Assembly (NCBI GenBank): GCA_001599295.1
Contig: BCGN01000010.1
Coordinates: 372,001-436,000 of the forward strand
Source of the DNA: Sporopachydermia quercuum
Taxonomy: Eukaryota
Length of the DNA: 64,000 nt
Direction of reading: 5' to 3'
Made by a program: the position numbers and the translations under genes. Positions within the stretch are counted from its first letter, which is position 1. Each line of letters starts with the position of its first letter. The notes below the pieces were generated by a model. It was not told the origin of the DNA, did no database searches, and worked only from the letters and a program-made list of their open reading frames with translations. Positions 37,001-47,120 of this stretch are shown here, piece by piece.

Positions 37001-37900
37001 TCAATCGACTCCTTACTGGAAGACCCTCAAAACTTCAACGTAACTCCAATAGCTTCTAGCAGCTCAAGGCTAGACGAAACTGCAGGAAACGGTAACAGCT
37101 CTGCTAGTAGTGCTTTGCCTCAGCTTAGTGATGACCTACAAATTCAACGAGTATCCACAGCCTCATCAACATTCTCAGCAGCAACTGGAACAGGATCAGT
37201 GTTCTCGTCGATGTCGGATTACGATTACTCTGCATTGCCCCCGACATTCGAAGAAGCTTTGAAAACACCAGCAGTGTCACAAGAAATTGGCGACGAAATA
37301 GTATCAACCCGGGTGTTAGCAACAGAGGTTTCCCCTCGAGTACAGCCCAAAACTACTAAAGCCAGTAATGTGAACATGGATAACGACTCTATCACGGTAT
37401 TTAAGTTAACTCCTAGCAATACCACGAGGTTCCCAATGTCGCCAACGTTACAACCGTTAGCAAGAATCACGTCAAATCCTGATAAAACACCAGTTGTGTC
37501 GTTGACAGCCAATATGCTGCCTGACTATGAAGCAGAGATAAATAACTTAGGAAATGGAGTAGGAAAAGGCTCAAATGGTAAGGAAAGAGATGATGAAACT
37601 GAAGACATTCCAACGATAATTTTACAAGGATTATCACTCAATGGTAGTAATAGAAACGACGTTGGTGATGGTACTGATATTAGCAAAAACAGCGATAACT
37701 TCAGTGAATACGGCACTGGCACTACAAATAATGTATTCGTGTTAGGAATAGAACCACAGCATGATGTTAACTCTTCATCTAATGCAAAAGCAGAAATTAA
37801 AGGTAAACAGAAATCTAGGCAGCCTTCAGTTGAAAGTATGAATTTACCTAAACTTGATGTTACTTGCTTTGACGATATGCGTAGTTGGTACGGAATTTAA
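34070..37900 (+). CDS. Arrestin-related trafficking adaptor (Ecm21/Csr2-like)
   Basis: FPPGEYVY, PIYINRVWSNALEYEI.LP.KYV.LG, SHRLQISFRIS, HYEVIIDTPIHIMS; Rsp5-binding PY motifs PPSY, LPSY and LPDY. Confidence 0.85.
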   Translation: MAPQFHENLHRPSQFSERLISYLESVELPHPSLLATSSSNNINXSVSQNQPIIFLSTNPVSSSNYNESMGLETPGNPSGRGRHQRTQNRTGRDRSQRQAQSRMPVSSITSRQSISSTRSRSVCQSRLHAPRSDSRSRSRSRSRAMSTDSSRPQPSYIYRDPIRPAARRSSDQSDQSHSWQILSTIRRTLSRGSNHSLETFNRESDGSCSDAETLNMHNSRDCDWEAAVESDSDDECHQNLNTNGHSGTRSRXRSEHDSSCSDSDTDSDIEDPNAAETTSVNSTDSSDENLFTAAVIITVNEPTPIEYINASIASKTYVSWPEGLPPQRYETQEVFVTGETSWTFFSRTKHDLATVRSLKAKSKPLYQFLKKHHYYSAHCHSNITSSLIYGADAFIPKAASTTTNDESAELVYAAQQPIQKMLPFDNYTTDELLEYEEIVARPNQTFIQHSYNMLTNHIFHKDQSTENSTSSDHNDGSDGPYENIFPPGEYVYLISTMFPSYIPASITAPNGQVKYFLDIHLMSAVPIGHNRPNFQGLKGRLSLSLXRAPPSYAVSLVDHPIYINRVWSNALEYEIMLPHKYVALGSEMGLHLKLTPLDKGIIVHKVTVLINERTEYVSKDLRYEWEETQNVPNNRAAGNKTGRKIVLYSLKARDRKQPPNAISNGPLPSIFDGRENLLSGSFRINFDDERNIDYSDLGLPASEAEVHVQERHATPDAVVDAVVPKHSGHPRVGAHIPGTGREAPTVGSGILGGTKLGKKITGFLKSPEKLKHPEISSIDIVCASKFTCNLVFMDHDSSDWNSASEHHFTLQQSHFSEPEKQKLAIGSSLTPDISRPSLLPTLYPDSLFSPHVKTSHRLQISFRISRYTSEYGDVMLPEGAKKLRHYEVIIDTPIHIMSKLCQTDNLALPSYTEAIDPVSGQNASSTCSEIYLHNTNSDSAPGSAPGSEPVTPAYSTEPSRPSSAAIGASISPSMQHDSIDSLLEDPQNFNVTPIASSSSRLDETAGNGNSSASSALPQLSDDLQIQRVSTASSTFSAATGTGSVFSSMSDYDYSALPPTFEEALKTPAVSQEIGDEIVSTRVLATEVSPRVQPKTTKASNVNMDNDSITVFKLTPSNTTRFPMSPTLQPLARITSNPDKTPVVSLTANMLPDYEAEINNLGNGVGKGSNGKERDDETEDIPTIILQGLSLNGSNRNDVGDGTDISKNSDNFSEYGTGTTNNVFVLGIEPQHDVNSSSNAKAEIKGKQKSRQPSVESMNLPKLDVTCFDDMRSWYGI

Positions 37901-39270
37901 GGGACATAAAAGATTTATGATATTTACAGTATGTAGGCCGAACCTATGAGCTCATTTACTTGACGTGGCTAGTAAACTACGAGGTCAGAAGGAGCAACTA
38001 ACCGAAATGTCGAAATAGCCGAAGNAGAGTCTGAACGAGACAGAAGACCGCCACCGATCACCGCAACCGATGCCGACATTATGAAATTATGAGATAATGG
38101 AACTTTAAAACTAGGTCCGAGCAGGAAGTCCTCATTCGGCCCTAATTAGTTGGTTTTCAATCTCGGACGACTGAATACCCTGCCCATGTTCACCCTCCGT
38201 TATACAGTTTGAGGGAACAATGCCATTAGATCGGAAAGAATGNTAATGATGTCAGATGTTGTGGCTCATGATGAAAATTTTGTATTCTCCATACTCCTAG
38301 GCACTCTTTGGCATTCTTTGCTTCTGTTGTATCAAACGGAAGTGGAGTGAAGCAATCGGAGTTTATACTATTTACGCCGATTGGAATTAGAATCAGCCCG
38401 AAATTGATTGGTTTCATATTTCCTTACTATCTCAGCGTTTTATAAAGCGATGGATGATGCATTGCATATGGTTACGTTTATAATATAATGGAACGGAAAA
38501 ATATATATTCGTTACGAATTACGAACCATGGGATATTTAGGGCACTTGTGAATATCGAACGGAAACTAGTTGGAAGATAGGACAGAATTATTCCCACACA
38601 TAAGAAGCATGAATCCCAAAACAATAGTGGATCGATCAGGTAAACGCACTATCGAACTGCGATGGAGTTGACGATGTATTATATTATAGTATAGTATTAT
38701 AGATCCGAAATTAGCTCTGGTTGGCTGACCAGCCATTAAACACTCACATACTTAGGAAATCCATGATGTGAAACTGTATACACTATAATATTTACAATAC
38801 TTCATGGATGGATGGCATTATTGATGTGTTGGTATTACTATTCCTATTAGGTTATCTCTTTGATGCACTATACTGCTAGGCTTAAGTTTAGCTCCGTAGT
38901 GTCCTATGTCCGTTGAAAGTAGAACTGTTGTTAGTACTGTTGTTTCCAGTATACAAAGCTTTCCTACGCATTTTGATTACAGATAATAGGATTGTTATCA
39001 GTCAGCTGATAGGCATCATAGACTGATCTACAGCCGAAAGGAGCACTAAATGAAGGTATCCCTCAAGAATCATGGGATTCAAACTTTTGTTATAACATGA
39101 ATCATTATGCACTTTATTGTTCTATTGTCATTGAACATATCAACATTTCAACATTTCAACGTATCAAATACCAAATACAAACTTTCATTCCTGTTAAGAT
39201 CATAATTCTATATTTCTTCTTATTAACATTAACTTTAACATTCCTATGCAGATCCTATCCTGCCTAATAC

Positions 39271-42200
39271 TCAAAATCTAACATGTCCATTCATTTCAAT
39301 CCGTAACTCCTTTCTTGAGCTGTTTCCTTCATTCTCATCATCACTATCTCCTCTTTTACGCTTGGCTTCTCCTTCCTTAGTATTGCCACTATCTTGCTCT
39401 CTAAATTCACCTTTATCACTGATATCCAACGCAATATCAACCTCCATATCAATCTTGTCGTTTTTCTCTATTAAAGAATCTATTGATAAGCTGTTTCTCT
39501 TGTTCCTCTGTTTATACCTTCTATTACTACTAATGTTCATATTACCATTTTGGGTACTGCCATTTAGTTGTTTACCGTTTTCATTAACCACCAACGAAGA
39601 GAGATTATCATCAATTAATTGTAGTTCACCCACATTTCCACCATTCACTGACATGCAACTGAGAAGTCGGGCCTTTCTACCAAGTAGGTATATAAATACT
39701 TTATTGTCGTTTCCATTACTAGAAGTGATAGCTATTGTTGGTGATTCATTGGTGCTGGGGTGATTGGAATAGCTATTAGAACTAGTGAATGTTGATGTTA
39801 CTTTTTCTTCACTTAATGGCAAGTCTTGGCTTGCAGTTGCAGCTGCAGTATTAATAAGAGTACTACCACTACCACTATTCCCTTCACTATTCAGTCTATT
39901 GATTAACCTGGAGGGTTCAACAAAAACAGGTTTGAACATTGCAGTTGAGTTAGAACGTAATGTATATTTAGTTTCAAATTTAAGCTGGCTGAGGTCAATT
40001 CTACTAATCATGTTGAATCTATCGGACAGCCATAGCTTTCTATCAAATGCTAGTTAGTATGCGCGGTATGTGTGGTTAAAACAAGAAGGAAAGAAATGGA
40101 AAAGGGAAGAGGAAATGAATTGTATGCAGCTGATATAATGACCACTAAGCTTTGATGCCTTGTATTCATTCATTGGTTGATTTTTGATTGCTTGTTTGCT
40201 TCATTATATTAGCTATACAGCAAATAGTGGCTGTTGATTAGTACCGAATAAAAAACACGATACACCAGTAAGACATCATATCCCATAAAATGTATGCAAT
40301 ATGAGCAATCATGCTCTTATAAATGAACATATCATTCAACCATATCATCATATCATCATATAATCACTTAATAACATATACTAGAGATGATCTATAACTT
40401 ATCATGCTTAATTCTTAATTCACATCTTCCATAGCTGGGTCCTGTCTTTTCCTACCTCCCTTGTCATATCCCACCAAATAATTCTTCATTCTATCACTAA
40501 ATACTTACTTTCCATCAGGACTCATATGGAAATTACCAACCGGATGTCCACTGATCTGTATTGTCCTAATAGACCTTCTGGACGTCTTGGTATTATAAAA
40601 GAAAACCTGTTAATCCATTGTTAATAATTCATTCTCATAACGGCAGAAAAGCATCATATTCAACAGAACAACAAAACCACAATGCTATCGCCATATTCCA
40701 CTTACCTCTCCAAATGAACTTCCTACAACTATGCTCCAGCCTTCATCAATGCTCCTTTCCGGCTCAAAGAATAAAGCATCTTTCACCCATACAGGAGAAC
40801 TCATTCCTTCCCATTTCACGGTCTTCCCTTTCCATAATGGCTTCAAAGGAATGAACCGTGGCTTATGATATGCTGTTCTATTGATATTGCTTAGTTGCGG
40901 CGAATCTCTTTCTGCTGGTGATAATACGGTATCGCTATCACTGCCATCTTGAAGCATACTGCCAAATGCTGCTTCCTGCAGCAATCTATCTCTTTGATCA
41001 TGGAAATACTCATCTTCAGCTATCACATCATACTCATCATCTTCATCGTCATCGTTATCACCGACTGAATGACTATTCTCACTATAGCTCTGTTCGTTGT
41101 CGTCCTCATCGTCATCTTCCTCGTCTTCATCATCATTATCTTCATCTCTATCGTTGTTTCTTAGCATTTCATTNGCAAGAGCGGATAAATCGGGTCTTGA
41201 AGNGTTTGGATTGATATCCAGTAGGTTTTCTGTTGATCTCCAAGCAGGATTGGAGTATGGGAAGTAATGCCTGCTGGACATCCCGACGAATCGGGAGGCA
41301 AAACGAGAAGCCAATGTGCTTGTAAAGGATCTGGCTAGTGAGTTAAAAACACGGGAAGAATCGTTGGAATTCTCAGTTCTCGAGATATTAGTAGAGTCTG
41401 TGGTTCTACCGGTATTGCCAGTATTAGCAGCAGAACTACCAGCAGCAGTTCCAAGTAAGGGATCAGAAAATAGTCGTATTACCTGAATATCGTTGTTTTT
41501 ACCACCAGAAAGAGCAATCCCTGGTTGCTTTGCATGTAGACGGAAAACAGACACCGAATCATGAATCATCTAGATGTTTATTGTTAGTAACAAGCATATT
41601 ACGCAGCTATACCGGTATCTTATTTCAACTCACATATGATATTCTGGAAACAACAAAAGTGTCCTCTAGATCCCTCTTATCCATTTTTAAATCAATGTCA
41701 ATATTCAATCGACGAACTTCAACATGTCCTCGACATGAGCAGCTCACTAACCGGTAATGTCCATATTCCAATCCTACAAATGAATCAGATCCATCTGCTA
41801 AAGCTCCTTTGAATTCTACCAGTAATACAAGCTCATCAGGACTTCCTGGCCGGCCTTTCATATGGTATACTTGAATAGACCCCTGCCGTCTTGCAACAGC
41901 CAAGAATCTGTTCCCTGTGACTGTTGACTTGAACGAGGCCATTTTCTGAACATAGGACGATCTACCTTCAGAAAATATGCTTGAACCAGGGATAAGTTCA
42001 GAAGGAGCTGTTGAATTTGTAGGAAAACAGATATATTTGCTGGAGTTCTGAAGCCTGAAAGATGTTGCTTTATTGGGTTTCCTTCCACGGGAACCTTGAG
42101 AACTGCCACTGTTATTACGTTTTGTTGATTGTTTTGCTGATTGGCAATGGAGGAAGTCGTAATCGATAACTAGACAGAGGTTAGAACAGTTGAAAGCGGA

Positions 42201-42374
42201 GAAAGGAAAAAGAAACAAACACTCTAGAACTGTTGTTGTTGATACATTATTGGATCTTTATTTTTTGCTATGATAATTGCTGCGTAGATCGCTAACTAGT
42301 TGTTCACAGTGTATGCACCTTCAGTACTTACCAGCTATGCTGCCATTTGTGATAGTTGAGCAAGCAACTTTCAT
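39271..42374 (-). CDS. NSA1/WDR74-like WD40 protein, ~769 aa; 5 exons (42374-42332, 42169-41634, 41569-40706, 40606-40509, 40039-39271)
   Basis: Four introns with GTAAGT/GTGAGT donors, TTCTAAC/TACTAAC/TATTAAC branches and YAG acceptors join three ORF-track pieces and two small exons in frame (2310 nt). Motifs VQKMA, LAVARRQGSIQVY, DSFVGL, SGGKNND, PVWVKDALF and FGEVFFYNT..SRR resemble Nsa1. Confidence 0.72.
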
Positions 42375-43337
42375 GGCAGAAGAAAAAGAAAATCACGTTT
42401 CGTTAAAAAAAAATTTGTTACTCGAGTAGTAATAATCAGATTATTGAAATATTCTCTCCAATTAACGTATAATCTAAAGTGATATCTCTGACGTTTATCA
42501 TCTATGATCTTAGCAGCCGATAAACAGTGGATAACAGTGTTCTGCTGAAATGTACAAATACGAGCAAACTTGTATAAAGGCGAAATTTCACCTGTTTCTT
42601 GATATTCACAACTTTTGTTTGAAATAGAAGTGAAATGAAGTAGAGCAGCTAGTAAATAAAACTGAAGAGAAAAAGTACATTCTTATCTTCCTACGTTTTA
42701 TGCTCTCTGAAGGACAGATAGCGAAATAAGCTGTTTGTTTGTTCGTTGAGCACCGAATGTGAGTACAGTTAGGGGATTTCGGAGACTATACTGGAAAAAA
42801 ACGGTTGAGGCAATATTATTTCCGGAGTCTGAGAGTGTAAAAAACAAATAGAGATTACGTGATATTAAAATAACTATGAAGTGAATTTATGATTATGTGA
42901 GCATAGTTGTCGCTAATGAAAAAAAGTAAATTATTATCTTGTGAATATCTCTTGGGAAGAGGGAGGAGAAAATTATATGTTTGTAATACTGGAACGAGTA
43001 AAATGAAGTGAGTGTTCCATGTTATATGAATGAATATTTATTGCTGGCAGTAGAAAGTTGGAATTTGGTAAAGATTTGGAGTCAGTATTGACTTTTCAGC
43101 TGACTGGATATTGGATTTTATTTGTAGGTTTAGGTGATCTTATTCGCTGAGAATTTGGNGTCAAGAACAGTGTTTGGACAGCGTAGTACAAGTGTTAGAA
43201 CGAGATAGGAAGCCATTGTTGAAGAGAGGAAGCNGAAAACTAAAGAAACCAGTCATATAGAATAACCGAATTACCAGAAAAGAAAGGAAGTGAAAAAAAT
43301 TGTACTAAGCTGTATAAGAACAAAACCAACGGTCAAA

Positions 43338-44816
43338 ATGTCATCAGTAAACCCACCAGAAGGTGTAATCATCCCACCCCCAGAAACCAAAGAAGTCATA
43401 GAGAAAACAGCGGGATACGTCTTTCGTAACGGTACAACCTTTGAAACAAGAATACGGGCTCAGCAATTAAATGGAAATGACAAAGGAAAATTCAGCTTTA
43501 TCAACGAAGACGACGTCTATCACAGCTATTATGTGTGGTGGCTTCAAGAGCTTGAATCAGGTCGGGCGACTATCAGCAAAGATGATGAAAAAACAAACAG
43601 TAGCACAGGAAATGAGGTAAATAGTTCTAATAATACGACTAGAACTAGGATACCACAAGAGCCTGTAAAATTTCAATTTAGCGCTTATATTCCACCTGTC
43701 TCCTCATTGGATTTAGACATAATAAAAGCAACAGCTTTATTTGTAGCCAAGAACGGAGTTGACTATGAGAGAAGCATTCTTGAGCGAGAATCTGGAAATT
43801 ATCAGTTTGATTTTCTACAACCAAATCACTCACTGAATAGCTTATACAAGGCGTATATCAGTCAGTATAAATTAGTGATCAAACCAGAAGCCGAACTATT
43901 ACAGATAGTGAAAGAACATGATTTAGAGGATGGAGATATTCTCCAAAGATGCCTGAAGAGAGCTGAATGGATGGGATATACTGCTACTCAGCAAAGAAAA
44001 CAAGAGGAGATCGAAGAGGAAGAACGAAGAGCATATGCTGAAATAGAATGGAACGACTTTGCTGTTGTTGAAACCATTGACTTTGTTGAAGCTGATGCCA
44101 AACAGAGCTTGCCTGTTCCTATGAAATTGGCAGAAATTCAATTTGCTTCTTTAGAGCAAAAGAAAATTGGTATTCTACGACTGGAAGAAGCACCGCCAGA
44201 TTTTGATAAAGGTGTTGAAACATTAAGATCTCGTGCTCTTGGAGGCGAAAGACAGTCCCGCAGGGGGGATCAGATCAATTCAGAGAGAAGAAGTCTTATA
44301 CAAGAAGAGGAAAATAGTAGGGCAGAAGAAAAGAAGAATTCAGCTTATAATTCTGAAGCAACTTCTCCACGGAGACCACCTAAAGGACCTCATAATATGA
44401 AGATCAAAGCAGCTGGAACTACACGGTTCAGTTACAACAAATCAACCACTCCTACAGAAAGAACCATTGAGTGTCCATTAACCCATAAACAAATTCCCGA
44501 ATCACAGTTCGCTGAACATATCAGAATTCTTCTGTTAGATCCAAAGTATAAGGATGAGAAGTCTCGAGCACTGTTGAAACGAGCAGGATCCAATCTTGAT
44601 TTTTCAGAAGCAGCCCAGAACGCTAAACGTTTGGCAACAGACTCCCCTGCCCCAGAACCAAATAAAAAACAAAAACTAGCCTGGGATGGCTATAAACGAA
44701 GCATGGAGACCATCAGATACCTTGCTGAGAAGAATACCGAGAAGGATGCTGAAGAAAAACATAAACAAAGGTTGCTGGAGAAACAACGAGCAATTGGTGC
44801 ACATCCTGCAAAGTGA
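43338..44816 (+). CDS. PRP21: SF3a subunit 1 (Prp21/SAP114), U2 snRNP
   Basis: Two SURP modules (IIPPP...IEKTAGYV.RNG..FE; DIIKATALFVAKNG...QFDFL.PNHSL), YAEIEWNDFAVVETIDF and EHIRILLLDPKYK. First ATG at 43338. Confidence 0.93.
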   Translation: MSSVNPPEGVIIPPPETKEVIEKTAGYVFRNGTTFETRIRAQQLNGNDKGKFSFINEDDVYHSYYVWWLQELESGRATISKDDEKTNSSTGNEVNSSNNTTRTRIPQEPVKFQFSAYIPPVSSLDLDIIKATALFVAKNGVDYERSILERESGNYQFDFLQPNHSLNSLYKAYISQYKLVIKPEAELLQIVKEHDLEDGDILQRCLKRAEWMGYTATQQRKQEEIEEEERRAYAEIEWNDFAVVETIDFVEADAKQSLPVPMKLAEIQFASLEQKKIGILRLEEAPPDFDKGVETLRSRALGGERQSRRGDQINSERRSLIQEEENSRAEEKKNSAYNSEATSPRRPPKGPHNMKIKAAGTTRFSYNKSTTPTERTIECPLTHKQIPESQFAEHIRILLLDPKYKDEKSRALLKRAGSNLDFSEAAQNAKRLATDSPAPEPNKKQKLAWDGYKRSMETIRYLAEKNTEKDAEEKHKQRLLEKQRAIGAHPAK

Positions 44817-45498
44817 GTTAGCGACCAAGCTCCACACTAACCTACCAAACTTTACAGCTTCTTTCTAACTGATAATAACTTAATATATAATATATGTAAT
44901 ATAAAAGATGAATTGTTTAGCTCGCAAGCATTGTCTTATCAAGTGCAGTATCTTACATTTTCGACTCAATCAGATCAATTTAGCTCAAAGAACTATTAAC
45001 CTAATCATGTAACTCAAATACAATACCAACGAACCACGTGATAAAAATTGTCCCATATCCCATTTATATCTTTACCATTACCTCCTGTCNGATCGGATCA
45101 CCGATGTCGGGGCACTCCGCCTACAAAAAAAACTTCATTATGAGGAGTTNTCAACCACTTGGTAATACTAGAATGACCATGGGAAAAGATATCAAATGAA
45201 ACTTATAGCAGAATATAAATGGTAGCGATTGTGCCGCTTTGAATTCTGTTTTGCTTATTTTGTTATGTTTCGTTGCTTGAAAAGTGTTGATTTATTAATT
45301 ATTGGTTACTTAGTATCTAGGAGATAAGGCATACTGCCATATTACGTTTATCGCACACTGAGTATCGCAGTGAGAGTAGAGTGAGATAAGTGATTTTGAT
45401 ATTTTAAGGTAATCAGATAGTTGCCTTAGTTATAGTTCACAAATTTTATTGCGAATTTATTATACACGAACTTTTTATCAACAAGGAAGAGCGCCAAA

Positions 45499-46005
45499 AT
45501 GTGTTTCTGCTGTATTAGTTGTGGGGATTTCATCCTCTTTGTCATTGCCATCATATTTCCACCTTTCCCAGTAATAGTAAGAAGAGGATTATGTTCAATA
45601 GACTTGGTGATCAATATTTTACTTTGCATGCTAGGTTACATTCCAGGTCTTATACACTCATGGTATATTATTTGCAAATATCCTTGTGGAACTGATTACT
45701 TTGACGAAGAACGACAAGCATTGTCATCACATCACGGTCCCAACTGTCATGTAGTGTATGTCAGTGTTCCTTCACCAAGAGTTCAACTACAGCCTTCAGC
45801 TTCGCCAGCACCTCGAGCTTATATGGAACCTTTAAATCCAAATAGAACTGTCATTGCTGCTCCAGTAGTTGTAAAACAACAACCTACTACCTATGGATCA
45901 GTCGAACAGGCTGACCCTAATATCAATAGAGATGCAACACCATCAGAACCTCCACCAGAATATAGTGAAGTTGATGAAAGTGCGTTAGACAAGACTCAAC
46001 AATGA
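45499..46005 (+). CDS. Pmp3/UPF0057 family proteolipid, Sna3/Sna4-like
   Basis: AIIFPPFPV..RRG.CS.DLVINILLCMLGYIPGLIHSWYII, an N-terminal Cys cluster and a C-terminal PPEY motif. Confidence 0.88.
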   Translation: MCFCCISCGDFILFVIAIIFPPFPVIVRRGLCSIDLVINILLCMLGYIPGLIHSWYIICKYPCGTDYFDEERQALSSHHGPNCHVVYVSVPSPRVQLQPSASPAPRAYMEPLNPNRTVIAAPVVVKQQPTTYGSVEQADPNINRDATPSEPPPEYSEVDESALDKTQQ

Positions 46006-46749
46006 AAGAAGTACAAGTCCAAGAAACGCAGAAAGCTTCATTAGCAANCTAATTAAGCTTAGATGAGAATTGCTTTCCCTTACATTTGTCAATCATTTCC
46101 CGCAGTTTCTCATCAGTATATTTTTATATGGTATCGTCTGGTTAGGTTTATAGGTTTTAAGATAGATTAATATAATGAATAAATGAATAATACTAATAGA
46201 TATAATCAGCAGGCGGTACGGTATTGCACTACGTTAATCACTGTTGGTATTCAAGTGCCAATGGATTAATTCGATGAATTCATAAGAAGTAATATGTTGA
46301 TACAATTGCAATTAGCTAAGCCAGTAGAGTAGTAGATGATCAATCAAGTGATCCATTGCCCTTTGATGAGCCATTAATAATTCATTTGCAGCAGATCCAT
46401 TAGATATGTATCTAATATCTCTCAATATTATTTATATATATATATATATGATAATAAACAGCATTGAAAATATTAATTTATATCTAAAGTATGTAGACAC
46501 TAATATACGCTAACAAATACTCCTTTTGACATACAAAGTCCTGTCCTACTTAAAATCACATGCACTCACTCAGTAACATTTTCACTTTCTCAAGTTCCCG
46601 AAACCCAGATAGATTCTCACAAACTAAATAAAATTTGTATCAAACGTATTCTTGCTGTCTTTGCTTTCCTTTAATCTTCTTTAAGGCTGTTTAAATAGTA
46701 CATAGAAACATCGTTATAATGAAGTGTTGCTTATTAAATGTCTGTATTT

Positions 46750-46783
46750 GATGGCAGTTTATGAGATGGCAGTTTATGAGATG
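46750..46783 (+). repeat. Perfect 15-bp direct tandem repeat GATGGCAGTTTATGA x2
   Basis: gatggcagtttatgagatggcagtttatgagatg. Confidence 0.8.
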
Positions 46784-47120
46784 AAGTTGGAAAAGTCACT
46801 TGATCAGCCTTGAGGTCTCAACCTGCTGGTGTAGGTTTCCTTTTTCTGGATTCTCGAGGAGATGAGTGGATCAGTGATCTAGGAGAGCTATCAATATCAT
46901 GTATCTAAACAGTAACCTAAGTATCACCGCCAGGTAAACTCAATAAATATTGCATGCACTAAATTGATATATGGTACTCTTTATGCTGTACNGATTTGAT
47001 TGATTTAGATCATTAAAACAAATTATATTTCATTCTTGGAGCAGGTTGTCAGCAATTGAAANCCGTTAAATACTGCAAAACCTCTAACGTACTGCATCGT
47101 TCCTCATAAAAGCTATTTGC

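Noticed and set aside
37975..38005. SRP RNA helix-8-like AGGTCAGAAGGAGCA
   Set aside because: The stem is one pair short, the flanks do not pair, and no other SRP features are present. The sequence fits better as part of the candidate intron.
40330..40365. C/D box snoRNA in the long NSA1-like intron (ATGATGA twice on the minus strand)
   Set aside because: There is no downstream CTGA D box within the intron, and the motif is part of a microrepeat.
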